From positions 16,306,001 to 16,370,000 of the forward strand of contig NC_135813.1 in assembly GCF_964213995.1 (NCBI RefSeq): 64,000 nucleotides of DNA. Direction: 5' to 3'. A program made the translations under genes and the position numbers. Source of the stretch: Mustelus asterias. Lineage: Eukaryota. The notes beneath the pieces are model-generated. The model ran no database searches. It was not told the DNA's origin and saw nothing but the letters and a program-made list of their open reading frames with translations. Shown piece by piece: positions 50,546 through 63,418 of the stretch (position 1 is the first letter of the stretch; each line of letters begins with the position of its first letter).

Positions 50546-50649
50546 CATTGTAAGAAGTCTCACAACACCAGGTTAAAGTCCAACAGGTTTATTTGGCAGC
50601 ACAAGCTTTCGGAGCACTGCTCCTTCATCAGGTGAATGGGAGTTGCGTC
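50546..50649 (-). mobile_element. Penelope-like 104-bp insertion inside the CR1 endonuclease region, with a 13-bp TSD
   Basis: ATTTAAGAATGAC at 50533-50545 and ATTTAAGGATGAC at 50650-50662. Confidence 0.88.
50600..50634 (-). ncRNA. Minimal type I hammerhead ribozyme motif
   Basis: Minus strand reads CAC-CUGAUGA-A-GGAGC-AGU-GCUCC-GAAA-GC-UU-GUG: intact core boxes, 5-bp stem II, palindromic AAGCUU in place of stem III and CAC/GUG stem I. Confidence 0.72.
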
Positions 50650-53600
50650 ATTTAAGGATGACATCAGGGCGATAGTGAGAGATGATATAGGTTCTATGGA
50701 AAAAATGGTTGAATCCATTTGGGTGAAAATTAGAAATAGTAAGGAGAAAAAGTCACTGATAGGCATAGTCTATAGGCCACCAAATATTGACATCATGGTG
50801 GGGCGAGAAATAAACAAAGAAATAACTGATGCATGTAAAACTAGTAGAGCAATTACCATAGGGGATTTTAATATACATGTCAATTGGTTAAACCAGGTCA
50901 GTCAAGACAGCCTTGAGGAGGAGTTCATAGAATGTATCCGCGATAGCTTCCTGGAACTATATGTAATGGAACCTACGAGGGAGCAAGCTATCCTAGATCT
51001 GGTCCTGTGTAATGAGACAGGAATAATTAATGATCTTACAGTTAGGGATCCTCTCGGAAGAAGCGATCACAGTATGGTTGAATTTAAAATACAGATGGAG
51101 CGTGCGAATGTAAAATCCAATACCAGTGTCTTGTGCTTAAACAAAGGAGATTACAATGGGATGAGGGAGGAGTTGGCCAAGGGAGTCTGGGAGCAAAAAC
51201 TTTATGGTGGGACAATTTGAGGAACAGTGGAGGACTTTCAAAGCGATCTTTCACAGTGCTCAGCAAAAGTATATACCAGTGATAAGGACTGTGGAAAAAG
51301 AGATAATCAGCCAGGAATATCTAAGGAAATAAAGAAGGGCATCAAACTGAAAGCAAATGCATATAAAGTGGCAAAGATTAGTGGGAAACTAGAGGATTGG
51401 GAAATCTTTAAAGGTCAACAAAAAGTCATGAAAAAAGCTATAAAGAAAAGTGAAACGGATTATGAGAGTAAACTAGCTCAGAATATAAAAACAGATAGCA
51501 AAAGTTTCGACAAATATATAAAATGAAAAAGAGTGGCTAAACATTGGTCCTTTAGAGGATGAGAAGGGGGATGTAATAACTGGATATGAGAAATTGGCTG
51601 AGGCATTGAACAGGTATTTTGTGTTGGTCTTCACAGTGGAAGACACAAATAACATGCCAAAAATTGATGACAGGAAGGCTATGGCAGGTGAGGTACCTAG
51701 AAACTATCATTATCACGAAAGAGGTAGTGTTGGGCAAGGTAATGGGGCTAAAGGTAGACAAGTCTCCTGGTCCTGATGGAATGCATCCCAGGGTACTAAA
51801 AGAGATGGCCGGGGAAATAGCAAATGCACTAGTGGTAATTTACCAAAATTCGCTGGACTCTGGGGTGGTTCCCACAGATTGGAAAACAGCAAATGTGACG
51901 CCACTGTTTAAAAAAGGAGGTAGACAGAAGGCGGGTAACTATAGGCCAGTTAGCTTGACTTCTGTAGTAGGAAAAATGCTTGAATCTATCAACAAGGAAG
52001 AAATAGCGAGATATCTGGATATAAATTGTCCCACTGGGAAGACGCAGCATGGGTTCATGAAGGGCAGGTCATGTTTGACTAATTTGGTGAAATTCTATGA
52101 GAACATTATGTGACAATGGGGAACCTGTGAATGTGGTGTATCTGGATTTCCAGAAGGCATTTGACAAGGTGCCACACCAAAGGCTGCTGCATAAGACAAA
52201 GGTGCACAGTGTTACGGGTAATGTATTAGCATGGATAGAGGAATGATTAACTGACAGAAAGCAAAGAGTGGGGGTAAATGGGTGTTTTTCTGGTTGGCGA
52301 TCAGTGACTAGTGGTGTGCCTCAGGGATCAGTGTTGGGACCGCAATTGTTTACGATTTACATCGATGATTTGGAGTTGGGGACCAAGTGTAGTGTGTCAA
52401 AATTCGCAGATGACGGTAAGATGAGTGGCAGAGCAAAGTGTGCAGAGGATGCTGAAAGATTGCAAAGGGATATAGATAGTCTAAGTGAGTGGGCGAGGGT
52501 CTGGCAGATGGAGTACAATGTTGGTAAATGTGAAATCATTAATTTTGGTCGGCAAAATGGACAATTAGTTAAGTGATAAAAAATTGCAGCATGCTGCTGT
52601 GCAGAAGGATCTGGGTGTCCTTGTGCATGAATCACAAAAAGTTGGTTTGCAGGTGCAGCAGGTAATTAAGAAGGCAAATGGAATTTTGCCCTTCATTGCT
52701 AGAGGGATGGAGTTTAAAGACAGCGAGGTTATGTTGCAGCTGTATAAGGTGCTGGTGAGGCCACACCTGGAGTACTGTGTACAGTTTTGGTCTCCTTACT
52801 TGAGAAAGGATATACTGGCACTGGAGGGGGTGCAGAGGAGATTCACTAGGTTGATTCCGGAGTTGAGAGGGTTGGCTTATGAGGAGAGACTGAGTAGACT
52901 GGGGCTATACTCATTCGAATTCAGACAAATGAGGGGAGATCTTATAGAAACATATAAGATTATGAAGGGAATAGATAAGATAGAAGCAGGGAAGGTGTTT
53001 CCACCGGCGGGTGAAACTAGAACTAGAGAGCATGGCCTCAAAATAAGGGGGAGCAGATTTAGGACTGAGTTGAGGAGGAACTTCTTCACACAAAGGGTTG
53101 TGAATCTGTGGAATTCCCTGCCCAGTGAACCAGTTGAGGCTACCTCATTGAATGTTTTTAAGGCAAGGATAGATAAATTTTTGAACAGTAAAGTAATTAA
53201 GGATTATGGTGAGCGGGCGGGTAAGTGGAGCTGAGTCCATGAAAAGATCAGCCATAATGTTATTGAATGGCGGAGCAGGCTCGAGGGGCCAGATGGCCTA
53301 CTCCTGCTCTTAGTTCTTATGTTCTTACGTCTCTGATTAAAGATGTCCCACGTGGCAGGCCCGTGGTTTCTTGAGTTAACATTCTTGAGGTCAATGTTGA
53401 AATTGGAACAGATTAAGTACTTTGGCTGTTTGATGACTTCCAGCTAGTTCCAGAGACTGGTCCTCAGACTGGCTGATGACTGGTTCTGATGGATCTGCTG
53501 GGATTTCGGGTAATAAAGGTACAGTCCCTGAAACCAGGTTAATCACATGGCTGCTGGATAAATACTTCTGAAGCCCAGCCAGCCTAGTTTGGATGGGGTG

Positions 53601-54523
53601 GGCCATTATGATATAGTGGGAAGTTGATAGTGGATTTTTCTTTTTCCAGTATGCAACATGGAGACAGGCAGTCTGGAAACTCCATAATCTTTGGGTGTTG
53701 GCCCATCTTTAAACAATGCGATGTATGAATTCCCCAACTAATTGAGAGCTATCCTCATATGTGTCCATTCTTGATTGGATACTCACCAGAGACTTGATAC
53801 AGTCTGTATTCCAAACCCAAAAGTCACATGATTTGTGGCAGCCATCTTAACAGCTTGTGTGTGTCCAATTGTTAAAGGTAGTGACCGAAAGTTCATAGTA
53901 TGATGTGCCCAAATGGGGCATAACACTATGGAATCAAATTTATCCGAATCCACTACTGTAATTTGGTGGACTAATTCAATTTAAAGAAATCCGAGGCAAT
54001 GATACCAGGAGAGAGTTAACAAGATAATTCAAATATCAATGGCCAGGTGACACCTAGCTTCAGTTTTATAGGCCACTTTTGACTATTTGTTCCCATTGAC
54101 AGAATGATCCAATAGTTACCAAACTTGTAAGATAACACCGTGGAAGAGATCATTCCAGTCAACCTGATCACTATCCAAACGCACTATAACCTCCGGGCAG
54201 GAAAGCATTTCCAGCTGGAATGTCCCAAAAACTCAACACAACTTCAGACGGAGATCCATGGAATTGCCGTAAATAGATCATTTACTCCAACTTATTTGTT
54301 ACAAAGATCTTCTGCCACAGTGAGTGGCGCCCCTTGCTTCTGAGCCTGAAGCTTTGGGTTTAAGTCACACCTCAGGACTTGATGTCCAAGGAAGGTGCAT
54401 TCCTAATTTGATCAAACAAGTTTGAGTATGTCAACGTGCAAATCCTCTGAGCATGTCAAAACCTGGTGCGGGAGAGACTCCTGGTCAGCCATGCTTGATG
54501 TGTGGAGTGATGCCCCTCAAGCC

Positions 54524-54630
54524 AAAAGTGTAGCCGTGTCTTACAGTAAAAGTGTAGCAGTATGTTACAGTGGTAATGTGGTGGTGCATTACAGTAATGG
54601 AGCATTGCCGTAGTAATGTAGCAGTGCGTT
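54524..54630. repeat. Degenerate tandem repeat of about 24 bp (AAAAGTGTAGCAGTATGTTACAGT)
   Basis: Two close copies plus 2-3 decayed ones. Confidence 0.65.
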
Positions 54631-54875
54631 GGTTAGTTTCTCTACCAGGGAGAGTACAGCAGAATAGATGTGAAGATTTCCATGATGAAAGTTTCTTCTT
54701 GTGTCCAATGAGTGGGTGCTGGCTCAATTGAGTTCTTAACAGGATACTCACCTCTACTAAGTGACTCGGAGCAGATGTGGGAAATGGGCAGCTATCCTGA
54801 CGTTGTACCAGTTGCTCTCTTGTATTTGGGACTGAGTTAGACAGAATTTTAATCAGTTGCTAACCGTTCCACACA

Positions 54876-55015
54876 TTGATGGAAGGGTCACCCAGACTCG
54901 AAATATTGGCTCTACTCTCTCTCTCTCTCTCTCCACAGATGCTGTCAGACCGGCTGAGATTTTCCAGTACTTTTTCTGTTTCAGATTCCAGCACCCGCAG
55001 TATTTTGCGTTTATC
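54876..55015 (+). mobile_element. Second Penelope-like pLTR family fragment with a degenerate hammerhead motif
   Basis: TTGATGGA-A-GGGTC-ACCCA-GACTC-GAAA-TATT, then CTCTCCACAGATGCTG..TTTCAGATTCCAGCA. Confidence 0.65.
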
Positions 55016-56559
55016 CTGATGTATTGATAGTTTGGTTCTGATGATGCACATCCGGAATGGAATTTCCAAGCACTCGGCTTGGAAAAATTGGAGAAGTCAA
55101 GAGGATTGGAAGAAATAGATTATTTGGAATGCTCAGCCAGTTCCAATTCCATGAGAACTTGTTGCTGGCCATTACCTAAATGTTACCACTGAGTCTCAAA
55201 CCCATTCATAACTGGCACCTTAGTGTCAAATCCTCAGTGCAGCCGCACTGCACAATATTACACAGCTGACCTGAATTCTAGTACAAGTCTCCACCATAGC
55301 ACAAATAGTGAAGTCACTCCCCATTTCTGTGTGTTTAATTGAACTGATACACTTGAGATGAGACCGCACTGAAAAAAGACCCCCCTGACTCACCTTTAAA
55401 AGCTGTGTGGGATTCTGATAATATTTCTAAATGGAATTGAAAATTAATAGTTACAGCTAATTTTCATCTGTACTTACCCGCCCACCATGTGGTAAAAGCA
55501 GAATATGTAACGTGAATTGTGAAATCTAATTTATAATCCATTATTGCTGCTGAACCATAATTCATTCTGAATTTAATTTCCTGTACGACCCTGATGTAAT
55601 TCAATTATCCTTAATGGTTCCTCATGTTTTCCATTTCTCTGCATTAATAGTTGTTCTATTATTAACAATATAAGATTGTGTAAAAGGACCAACCTGTATT
55701 TATATAATGCCGAACAGAGTCTCCTAAAGTCTCAAAATGGTTTTCTGTACAATGAGCTACTTTGCAATGGTTGTTGCTTGTTCCAATTTTGGGAACCATT
55801 TTGCAATAATTCCATTAATGACAATATGGTGAGGGACCACAGAGTGTATTTCATTATAAAATCTGTTTCTGATCATTCAGGCTACATTTGAAATCTCTTT
55901 CCTTTGCAGTCTGCTCTGCTGATTTCAATTTCTTGATTCAAGTCATCCAATAATTTCATTCATTTTTAGCTCTAAATTCCCACTTTGCTTAAGTTGCTTT
56001 ATTTGTTAGCCCAATTTCAACGACTTCGTGCACATTGATGACTTTGAATTATTGGGGATCGGGTTGGGTAAACTGCCCCTTTCCCATGGTGGTATAAAAC
56101 TGCCATTCAGCAGCAGAGGGACCGGCAATTGGCACCCCCTTGGCACTGCCTGATGCCTGGTGGGCAGTGCCACAGAGCCAAAGGGGCACCCCCCTTTACC
56201 CCCAACCTCCCGGGGGGGGGCTTCAATGTCCTCTCTTCCCTCCAGAGAGGTCAGGCTGCCTGTCCCCATTAGTGGGGGAGCAGGAGTAAAACCCACTGCA
56301 GTGAACTGCTCTCGGTGATGGGGCAGGTGCTAGCGGGCCCGGGACTAAAGTCTCCGGGTCCGCTAATGAAATGGAAATCGGCATGGAGCTGATTATGCTG
56401 GAATTAGTCTGGGAGACACACGGTGGCCATGATGCCAGCAGGAAGCCCGCGAACTGGCCTCCATTGATGTCTCCCAGCCCACTGCCCTGCTTGAGCAGCA
56501 GAGTGGGCTGGGAGAATCGCCCCCCTGTTTTTTCTCAGCCAATGTTGGAATATCTCTTC

Positions 56560-56912
56560 CATAGAATTCCTACAGTGCAAAGAGAGGCCATTCAGCCCAT
56601 CAAGTCTGCACCAACTCTCCGAAAGAACATCCCAACTAGGTCCTCCCCTTCGTACTATCCCCATAACCCTGCGCATTTAGCATGGCCAATCCACCTAACC
56701 TGCACATCTTTGGACTCTAAGGGGCAATTGAGCATGGCCAATTCCCATAACTTACACATCATTGGACTGTGGGATGAAACTGGAGCACCCAGAGGAAACC
56801 CACAGAAGCACGGAGAAAATATGCAAACTTCACACAGTTACCCAAGTCTGGAACAGAATCCAGATGCCTGGCGCTGTGAGGCAGCAGTGCGAACCACTGT
56901 GCCACCGTGCTG
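56560..56912 (-). mobile_element. HE1-type SINE
   Basis: Head, V-domain and tail in reverse orientation. Confidence 0.88.
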
Positions 56913-57685
56913 CGTCTGATCAAGAAGACCAGTAGTATGTCTTTTCTCTTCTCACATTTAACTTGTATAGTTATGTTCGAATAGACACCCTTTCTTATTA
57001 TCATGCTATAACAAGGTACAGTTTGTTTCACGAGGCTAGATTCAGTCCTTGCCATGGGGCTCACCTTTCCTGACTCACAACAACCCAAAGGCTGTTTACA
57101 GCCAATGAAGTACTTCGAAAGTCTGGTCACTGGCTGCCTCATTTCAACGTTACAACAATGTGCACACAGCAAACTCCAACAAACAACACTATGGCAATGC
57201 CTAGATTCTGTGCTAGTGAGGTTTGTTCTTTCAAAGAGAGTGGTGTGACTTTATATCCAACTGAACAGGCAGACAGAGGAAGGGCTCTCATTGTTATTGG
57301 ATTGGGGAAGGACAAGGTGGCTGAGAGGTGATCGGCCTTGGAATCCATTGGACTGAGGTGGATGCTATAAGATAGTGAGGGTGAGTTCACAGAGAGGAGT
57401 GCCACCATAGGCTTTCCATTGATTCCTTGGCTGACCATGGAACCTGCACATATTGGCCATGTGTCTTTGCCAACTGTCTTTGCCTTCAGTACTAATATTC
57501 TAATCACAGAGTTGGTAGTTAAGACCTTTAATTTTTAATTGTACAAACTCTAGCCATACTGAAGACATTGAATTTTATTACCCAAGTAACTAACTTCTAA
57601 ACTGAAAATTATGGTAACAAATTTGAGAAATATTTTGAATAACTTAAAGAAATAGATAAAGTACTGATTTGTAAGAGTAAAAAAT

Positions 57686-60062
57686 AAAGTTTATTTATTA
57701 GTCACAAGTAGGCTTACATTAGCACTGCAATAAAGTTACAGGGAAAATCCCCTAGTCGCCACACTCTCGCGCCTGTTCGGGTACACTGAGGGAGAATTTA
57801 GCATGGCCAATAAGAACATAAGAACATAAGAATTAGGAGCAGGAGTAGGTCATCTGGCCCCTCGAGCCTGCTCCGCCACTCAATAAGATCATGGCTGATG
57901 TTTTCGTGGACTCAGCTCCACTTACCCGCCCGCTCACCTTAATTCCTTTACTGTTCAAAAATGTACCTACCATTGCCTTAAAAACATTCAATGAGGTAGC
58001 CTCAACTGCTTCACTGGGCAGGGAATTCGACAGATTCACTGCCCTTTGTGTGAAGAAGTTCCTCCTCAACTCAGTCCTAAATCTGCTTCCCCTTATTTTG
58101 AGGCCATGCCCCCCAGTTCTAGTTTCACCCGCCAGTGGAAACAACTTCCCTGCTTCTATCTTATCTGTTCCCTTCATAATCTTATATGTTTCTATAAGAT
58201 CTCCTCTCATTCTTCTGAATTCCAATGAGTATAGCCCCAGTCTACTCAGTCTCTCCTCATAAGCCAACCCTCTCAACTCCGGAATCAACTGAGTGAATCT
58301 CCTCTGCACCCCCTCCAGTGCCAGTATATCTTTTCTCAAGTAAGGAGACCAAAATTGGACACAGTAGTCCAGGTGTGGCCTCACCAGCACCCTATACGGC
58401 TGCAACATAACCTCACTGTTTTTAAACTCCATCCCTCGAGCAATGAAGGACAAAATTCCATTTGTCCTCTTAATTACCTGCTCCACCTGCAAACCAACTC
58501 CTTGTGATTCTTGCACAAGGACACTCAGGTCCCTCTGCACAGCAGCATGCTGCAATTTTTTACCATTTAAATAATAGTCCATTTTGCTGTTATTCCTACC
58601 AAAATGGATGACCTCACATTTACCAACATTGTACTCCATCTGCCAGATCCTCGCCCACTCACTTAGACTATCTATATTCCTTTGCAGACTTTCAGCATCC
58701 TCTGCACACTTTGCTCTGCCACTCATCTTAGTGTCATCTGCGAATTGTTCCCCAACTACACTTGGCCCCCAACTTCAAATCATCTATGTAAATCATAAAC
58801 AATTGCGGTCCCAACACTGATCCCTGAGGCAGACCACTAGTCACTGATCACCAACCAGAAAAACACCCATTTATCCCCACTCTTTGCTTTCTGTTAGTTA
58901 ACCAATCCTCTATCCATGCTAATACATTACCCGTAACACTGTGCCCCTTCATCTTATGCAGCAGTCTTTGGTGCGGCACCTTGTCAAATGCATTCTGAAA
59001 ATCCAGATACACCACATCCACAGGTTCCCCATTATCCACTGCACATGTAATGTTCTCAAAGAATTCCACCAAATTAGTCAAACAACCTGCCCTTCCTGAA
59101 ACCATGCTGCGTCTTACCAATGGGACAATTTATATCCAGATGTCTCACTATTTCTTCCTTGATGATAGATTCAAGCATTTTCCCTACTACAGAAGTTAAG
59201 CTAACCGGCCTATAGTTACCTGCCTTATGTCTACCTCCTTTTTTAAACAGTGATGTCACATTTGCTGTTTTCCAATCTGTGGGAACCACCCCAGAGTCCA
59301 GCGAATTTTGGTAAATTACCACTAGTGCATTTGCTATTTCTCCTGCTGTCTCTTTTAGTACCCTGGGATGCATTCCATCAGGGCCAGGAGACTTGTCTAC
59401 CTTTAGCCCCATTACCTTGCCCAACACTACCTCTTTCGTGATAATGATAGTTTCTAGGTCCTCACCTGCCGTAGCCTTCCTGTCATCAATTTTTGGTATG
59501 TTATTTGTGTCTTTCACTGTGAAGACCGACACAAAATACCTGTTCAATCCCTCAGCCATTTTCTCATTTCCAGTTATTACATCCCCCTTCTCATCCTCTC
59601 AAGGACCAATGTTTACTTCAGCCACTCTTTTTCATTTTATATATTTGTAGAAACTTTTGCTATCTGTTTTATATTCTGAGCTCGTTCACCCTCATAATCC
59701 ATCTTACTTTTCTTTATAGCTTTTTTCATGACTTTTTGTTGACCTTTAAAGACTTCCCAATCCTCTAGTTTCCCACTAATCTTTGCCACTTTCTATGCCT
59801 TTCTTTCAATTTGATATCCTCCTTTATTTCCTTAGATATCCATGGTTGATTATCTCTTTTTCTACAGTACTTCCTTATCACTGGTATATACTATTGCTGA
59901 GCACCTAACCTGCACATCTTTGGACTGTGGGAGGAAACCGGAGCACCCGGAGGAAACATGGGGAGAACGTGCAAACTCTGCACAGTGACCCAAGCTGGGA
60001 ATCGAACCCGGGTCCCTGGCGCTGTGAGGCAGCAGTGCTCACAACTGTGTCACCTTGCTGCC
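57686..60062 (-). mobile_element. V-SINE with alternative tail, split into 57686-57811 and about 59900-60062 by a CR1 insertion
   Basis: ..GCATGGCCAAT | GCACCTAACC.. rejoins to match the intact copy near 61731-61755. Confidence 0.88.
57812..59903 (-). mobile_element. 5'-truncated CR1 LINE of the same subfamily as 49545-53327
   Basis: Minus ORFs nearly identical to the + copy (KSPGPDGMHPRVLKE, DF..AFDKVPH, RPHLDYCVQFWSP); (AAGAACAT)n tail. Confidence 0.96.
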
Positions 60063-60493
60063 ATTGTTAGATGGGAATTCAGCCGGGTCAGCCCCCTCAT
60101 CTTTCTCCTGCCATCCGTTGCACAGTGGAAAGTCATTTAAACACCATCTGTTGTCAGCCACTTTGAATATACTTCAAACGTCTCCTTAATGGATTGTTTC
60201 TGATGCAGGCCAAGAGGTTTAAGTTTGGCAGATGGACTATTAATGAGGTCCAAAGTAAGGGAACTGGTGTTCATATATACTGACAGCAATGTTTGAAGTG
60301 GATCAAGGGATCATTCCTACATGGATCTAATAAGTAAACGTCATCGGTTTCATCAGATCTAAAACATCTGGTACTAACTGGAAGACACTTGGATTCTGGC
60401 TGTTACACTTGTGTACAAGCAGAGGCTGTTAGTAACTGCTAGATCAATATGGAATAAGTGTAACTGTCCTAAACAGTGCAGAAATGGATTTGG

Positions 60494-60598
60494 AGAATAT
60501 GCAAACTCCACACAGACAGTCACCCAAACCAGGAATTGAACCCGGATCCCTGGTGCTGTGAGGCAGCAGTGCTAACCACTGTGCCACCGTGCCACCCA
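60494..60598 (-). mobile_element. V-SINE 5' head fragment
   Basis: GCAGTGCTAACCACTGTGCCACCGTGCC. Confidence 0.8.
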
Positions 60599-61611
60599 CC
60601 TGAGGTGTATTGAGGTGTTCGTTGGTTAGTTAACCATAGCAGTTCCTTGTGGATGATCAACATTAATATAACATATTTAACACAGTAAAATGTCCTGAGT
60701 CGTTCCACAGGAATGTTATCAAGCAACATTTGTCACCAAGCCACATAAGGTGATAATTAGAGCAGATGATCAGATGCCTGATCAAAGAGATTGGTTTTAA
60801 GAAGTGTCTTAATGGATGAAAGAGAGGTAGCAAATAAAAGAGGTTTAGGGGTTAAGACCATCCAGCTGAAAACATATCCATCAAAGAAGAAGTGATTAAA
60901 ATCGGAATGTGATGAAACCTTGGATGAATGCAAGTTGCAGGATAAGATAAGGCTTCGGAGGTAGGGAGGATATTGAAGGGTTTGAAAACAAGGGTGGGAA
61001 TTTTAAAATAGCTTCACAGGGGGCCCATATAGGCCAGCGTGCACAGTGGAGATGGAAGAATGGGACTTGGTGCAAGTTAGGGATGTGGGCAACAGAGTTT
61101 TGGATGTTTAAGGAGGGTAGACATGGAAGGCTAACAAAGTGTGCTTTGACTCGATCAATTCTAGAGGTAATAATGAGGGTTCCAGCAGCAGATGAGCTGA
61201 GGTAAGGTGCAGTCAGGCAGTGTTACTGAGGTAGGCAGTAGGTAAGACACAAGACTGCTTGTTTTCCATTCTCTGCAATAGCTGCTCCACTAAGGAAGTA
61301 ACATTGACAGAACTGTCTTTTAAGAAGCACAGGACAAAATCCACCCATTTCTCAGATTCGATTGCTAGTTTAACGAGAATTCCAGTTTATGATTAATTGG
61401 CACACATTAGTTAATGATTGATGCCAATCATGTGTCACATCCGAATTTCTCATTGTCAAAAGTTCCCGTAATTCTTGGCACCACAAGATCTGTGGTGTGC
61501 GATTTCAATAAAAGACCCAAGGCAAAGTATTCAGAAGAGCACTTTATTATACAGAGTGGACAAACTGCTGAGTCTTTAAATGTCAATCCGAAGCTTGAAT
61601 TTCTAAAAGTA

Positions 61612-61920
61612 AAGTTAAAGTTTATTTATTAGTGTCACAAGTAAGGCTTACATTAACACTGCAATGAAGTTACTGTGAAATTTCCGCAGTCACCACACTC
61701 CAGCACCTGTTCGGGTACACTGAGGGAGAATTTAGCATGGCCAATGCACCTAACCAGCGCGTCTTTCAGACTGTGGGAGGAAATCGGAGCAGCCAGAGGA
61801 AACCCACGCAGACACAGGGAGAACGTGCAAACTCCACACAGTCACCCAAGCCGGGAATTGAACCCGAATCCCTGGCGCTGTGAGGCAGCAGTGCTAACCA
61901 CTGTGCCACCGTGCCACCCA
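61612..61920 (-). mobile_element. V-SINE with alternative tail, full length
   Basis: Same type as 14303-14606. Confidence 0.9.
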
Positions 61921-62587
61921 CCTGACTAAAAAGGGATTTTACCAAAATGTCCATCTGAATAGGTTAATCTGTATCTAACAAAAAGAAACTCCCGCAATAT
62001 CCCGACGGTTACTGAGTCCTTTGCATCCAAAACCTAAATCAGGAAATCTAAACCTGTTGGCCCTGGCACCAGCAGATATACAAGTTGGTGGGATCATGGA
62101 TTGAAATTTGAATCATACCCCAAGGAGCTGCAGACTATGCACCAGTATCCCGTGAAGACAAATCAATTAGATCCACCCACCATAGAGGAAAAGGCCATTG
62201 TCCAATCGTACAATCTTACCCACAACTCTTTCAGTTCATTTCTCAATTTCAACCTTCACAAAATAAAGTTTTTATTTACTGTTTGATTAGCAAAGATATA
62301 GTTTGGAACAATTCAGCCAAAATGAGGCAACAAGAGACAGAATGGGAAGGATAACTATACATGATGGGATGACAAATGGAGCAGGTATTATGAAATGTTT
62401 TTTCGATGATTAATGGTGTGTGGTGAAGAATGTCATTCAAAAGACAATAACTGTTTTACCTTTTCTCTGCAACAAGGCTGCACGCGTGTCAGAACACCCA
62501 GTAGATGGTCGCGTATGATATTTTATGTAACTGTTAACATTTCATTTAGTATCCCACATCCCAGTCAAATGAACAACTCTGTTATCA

Positions 62588-62689
62588 CCACTCCATCTGA
62601 TGAAGGAGCAGCAAGCTCCGAAAGCTTTGGTATTTGCTACCAAATAAACCTGTTGGACTTTAACCTGGTGTTGTGAGACTTCTTACTGT
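62588..62689 (+). mobile_element. Penelope-like pLTR fragment carrying a minimal hammerhead motif (62593-62630)
   Basis: CCAT-CTGATGA-A-GGAGC-AGCAA-GCTCC-GAAA-GCTT-TGG, then AATAAACCTGTTGGACTTTAACCTGG. Confidence 0.8.
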
Positions 62690-63292
62690 TCTGTCAACGG
62701 CACAGAAGCATGTCCAAGAGATGATGGCTTGAACGGTGTTCATGTGCCTTTCTTAACACTTTGTACATTCTTTGCATCTGGAAATTTTAACAGCAAATAT
62801 TCCTGTTTGCACCTTGCTGCAGATACCTTTTACTCATGTCATTTTACACAATATTCACGCAAAATTCTTTAATCAACAGGGTACCCTCTATCCGGGAAGC
62901 TTAGGGCTAGATGTGTACTGGATACAGGGATATTCCGGGTTTTTGGTCCTGGGGTGGAGGAATAAGATGACTTAAAGCTAGGCTAAATTCTCTGCTGAGC
63001 TGCACTCAGGTCGGAAGGGAAGGGATGGTGGGGAGACCAGGCCAAATTTCACCGTTAGTCCTGGACTCGAAGAGCAGGGGATCAGCACACCTCGACCCTG
63101 GATATGAAGGGGATTGTAGTTTCCAGAGCTGGAACTGGTTTTGGGACCTTCTGGATTTTGGGACACTGGACAAGGGGTCTGATACTATATCTTATAAGGA
63201 ATATACTCCAAACATGCACTATAAATGAAATAAACTCCTCTACCTTTTGGATGAGATGTTGATCAGTGCTCCATCTGCCCGTAGATGATGAT

Positions 63293-63418
63293 GGGCGGGA
63301 TTTTACTACCTTGCTCAGGCGAGGCTCCTAAAATCCTGCCCGAGGTCAACGGAGAATTCCGGTCTGTGAGCCACGCCCACCCTGATTCCGGGGCAGGCGA
63401 GGCGGTAAAATTCCGGCT
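63293..63418. mobile_element. MITE
   Basis: GGGCGGGATTTTAC / GTAAAATTCCGGCT TIRs. Confidence 0.7.

Larger units (their letters stand above)
49545..53327 (+). mobile_element. Long CR1 LINE: ORF1 SGNH-esterase region plus ORF2 APE endonuclease and RT, with several stops and frameshifts
   Basis: GDSIIRG..SCLPGARV..VVHVGTNN..DGLHLN esterase motifs; AITETWL, YRPP, GDFN and SDH endonuclease motifs; GVPQGSVLGP and KFADD RT motifs; (GTTCTTAT)n tail. Confidence 0.97.

Noticed and set aside
49723-53234. Esterase, endonuclease and RT ORFs as a host gene or active element
   Set aside because: These are parts of a CR1 LINE with stops, frameshifts and a nested insertion.
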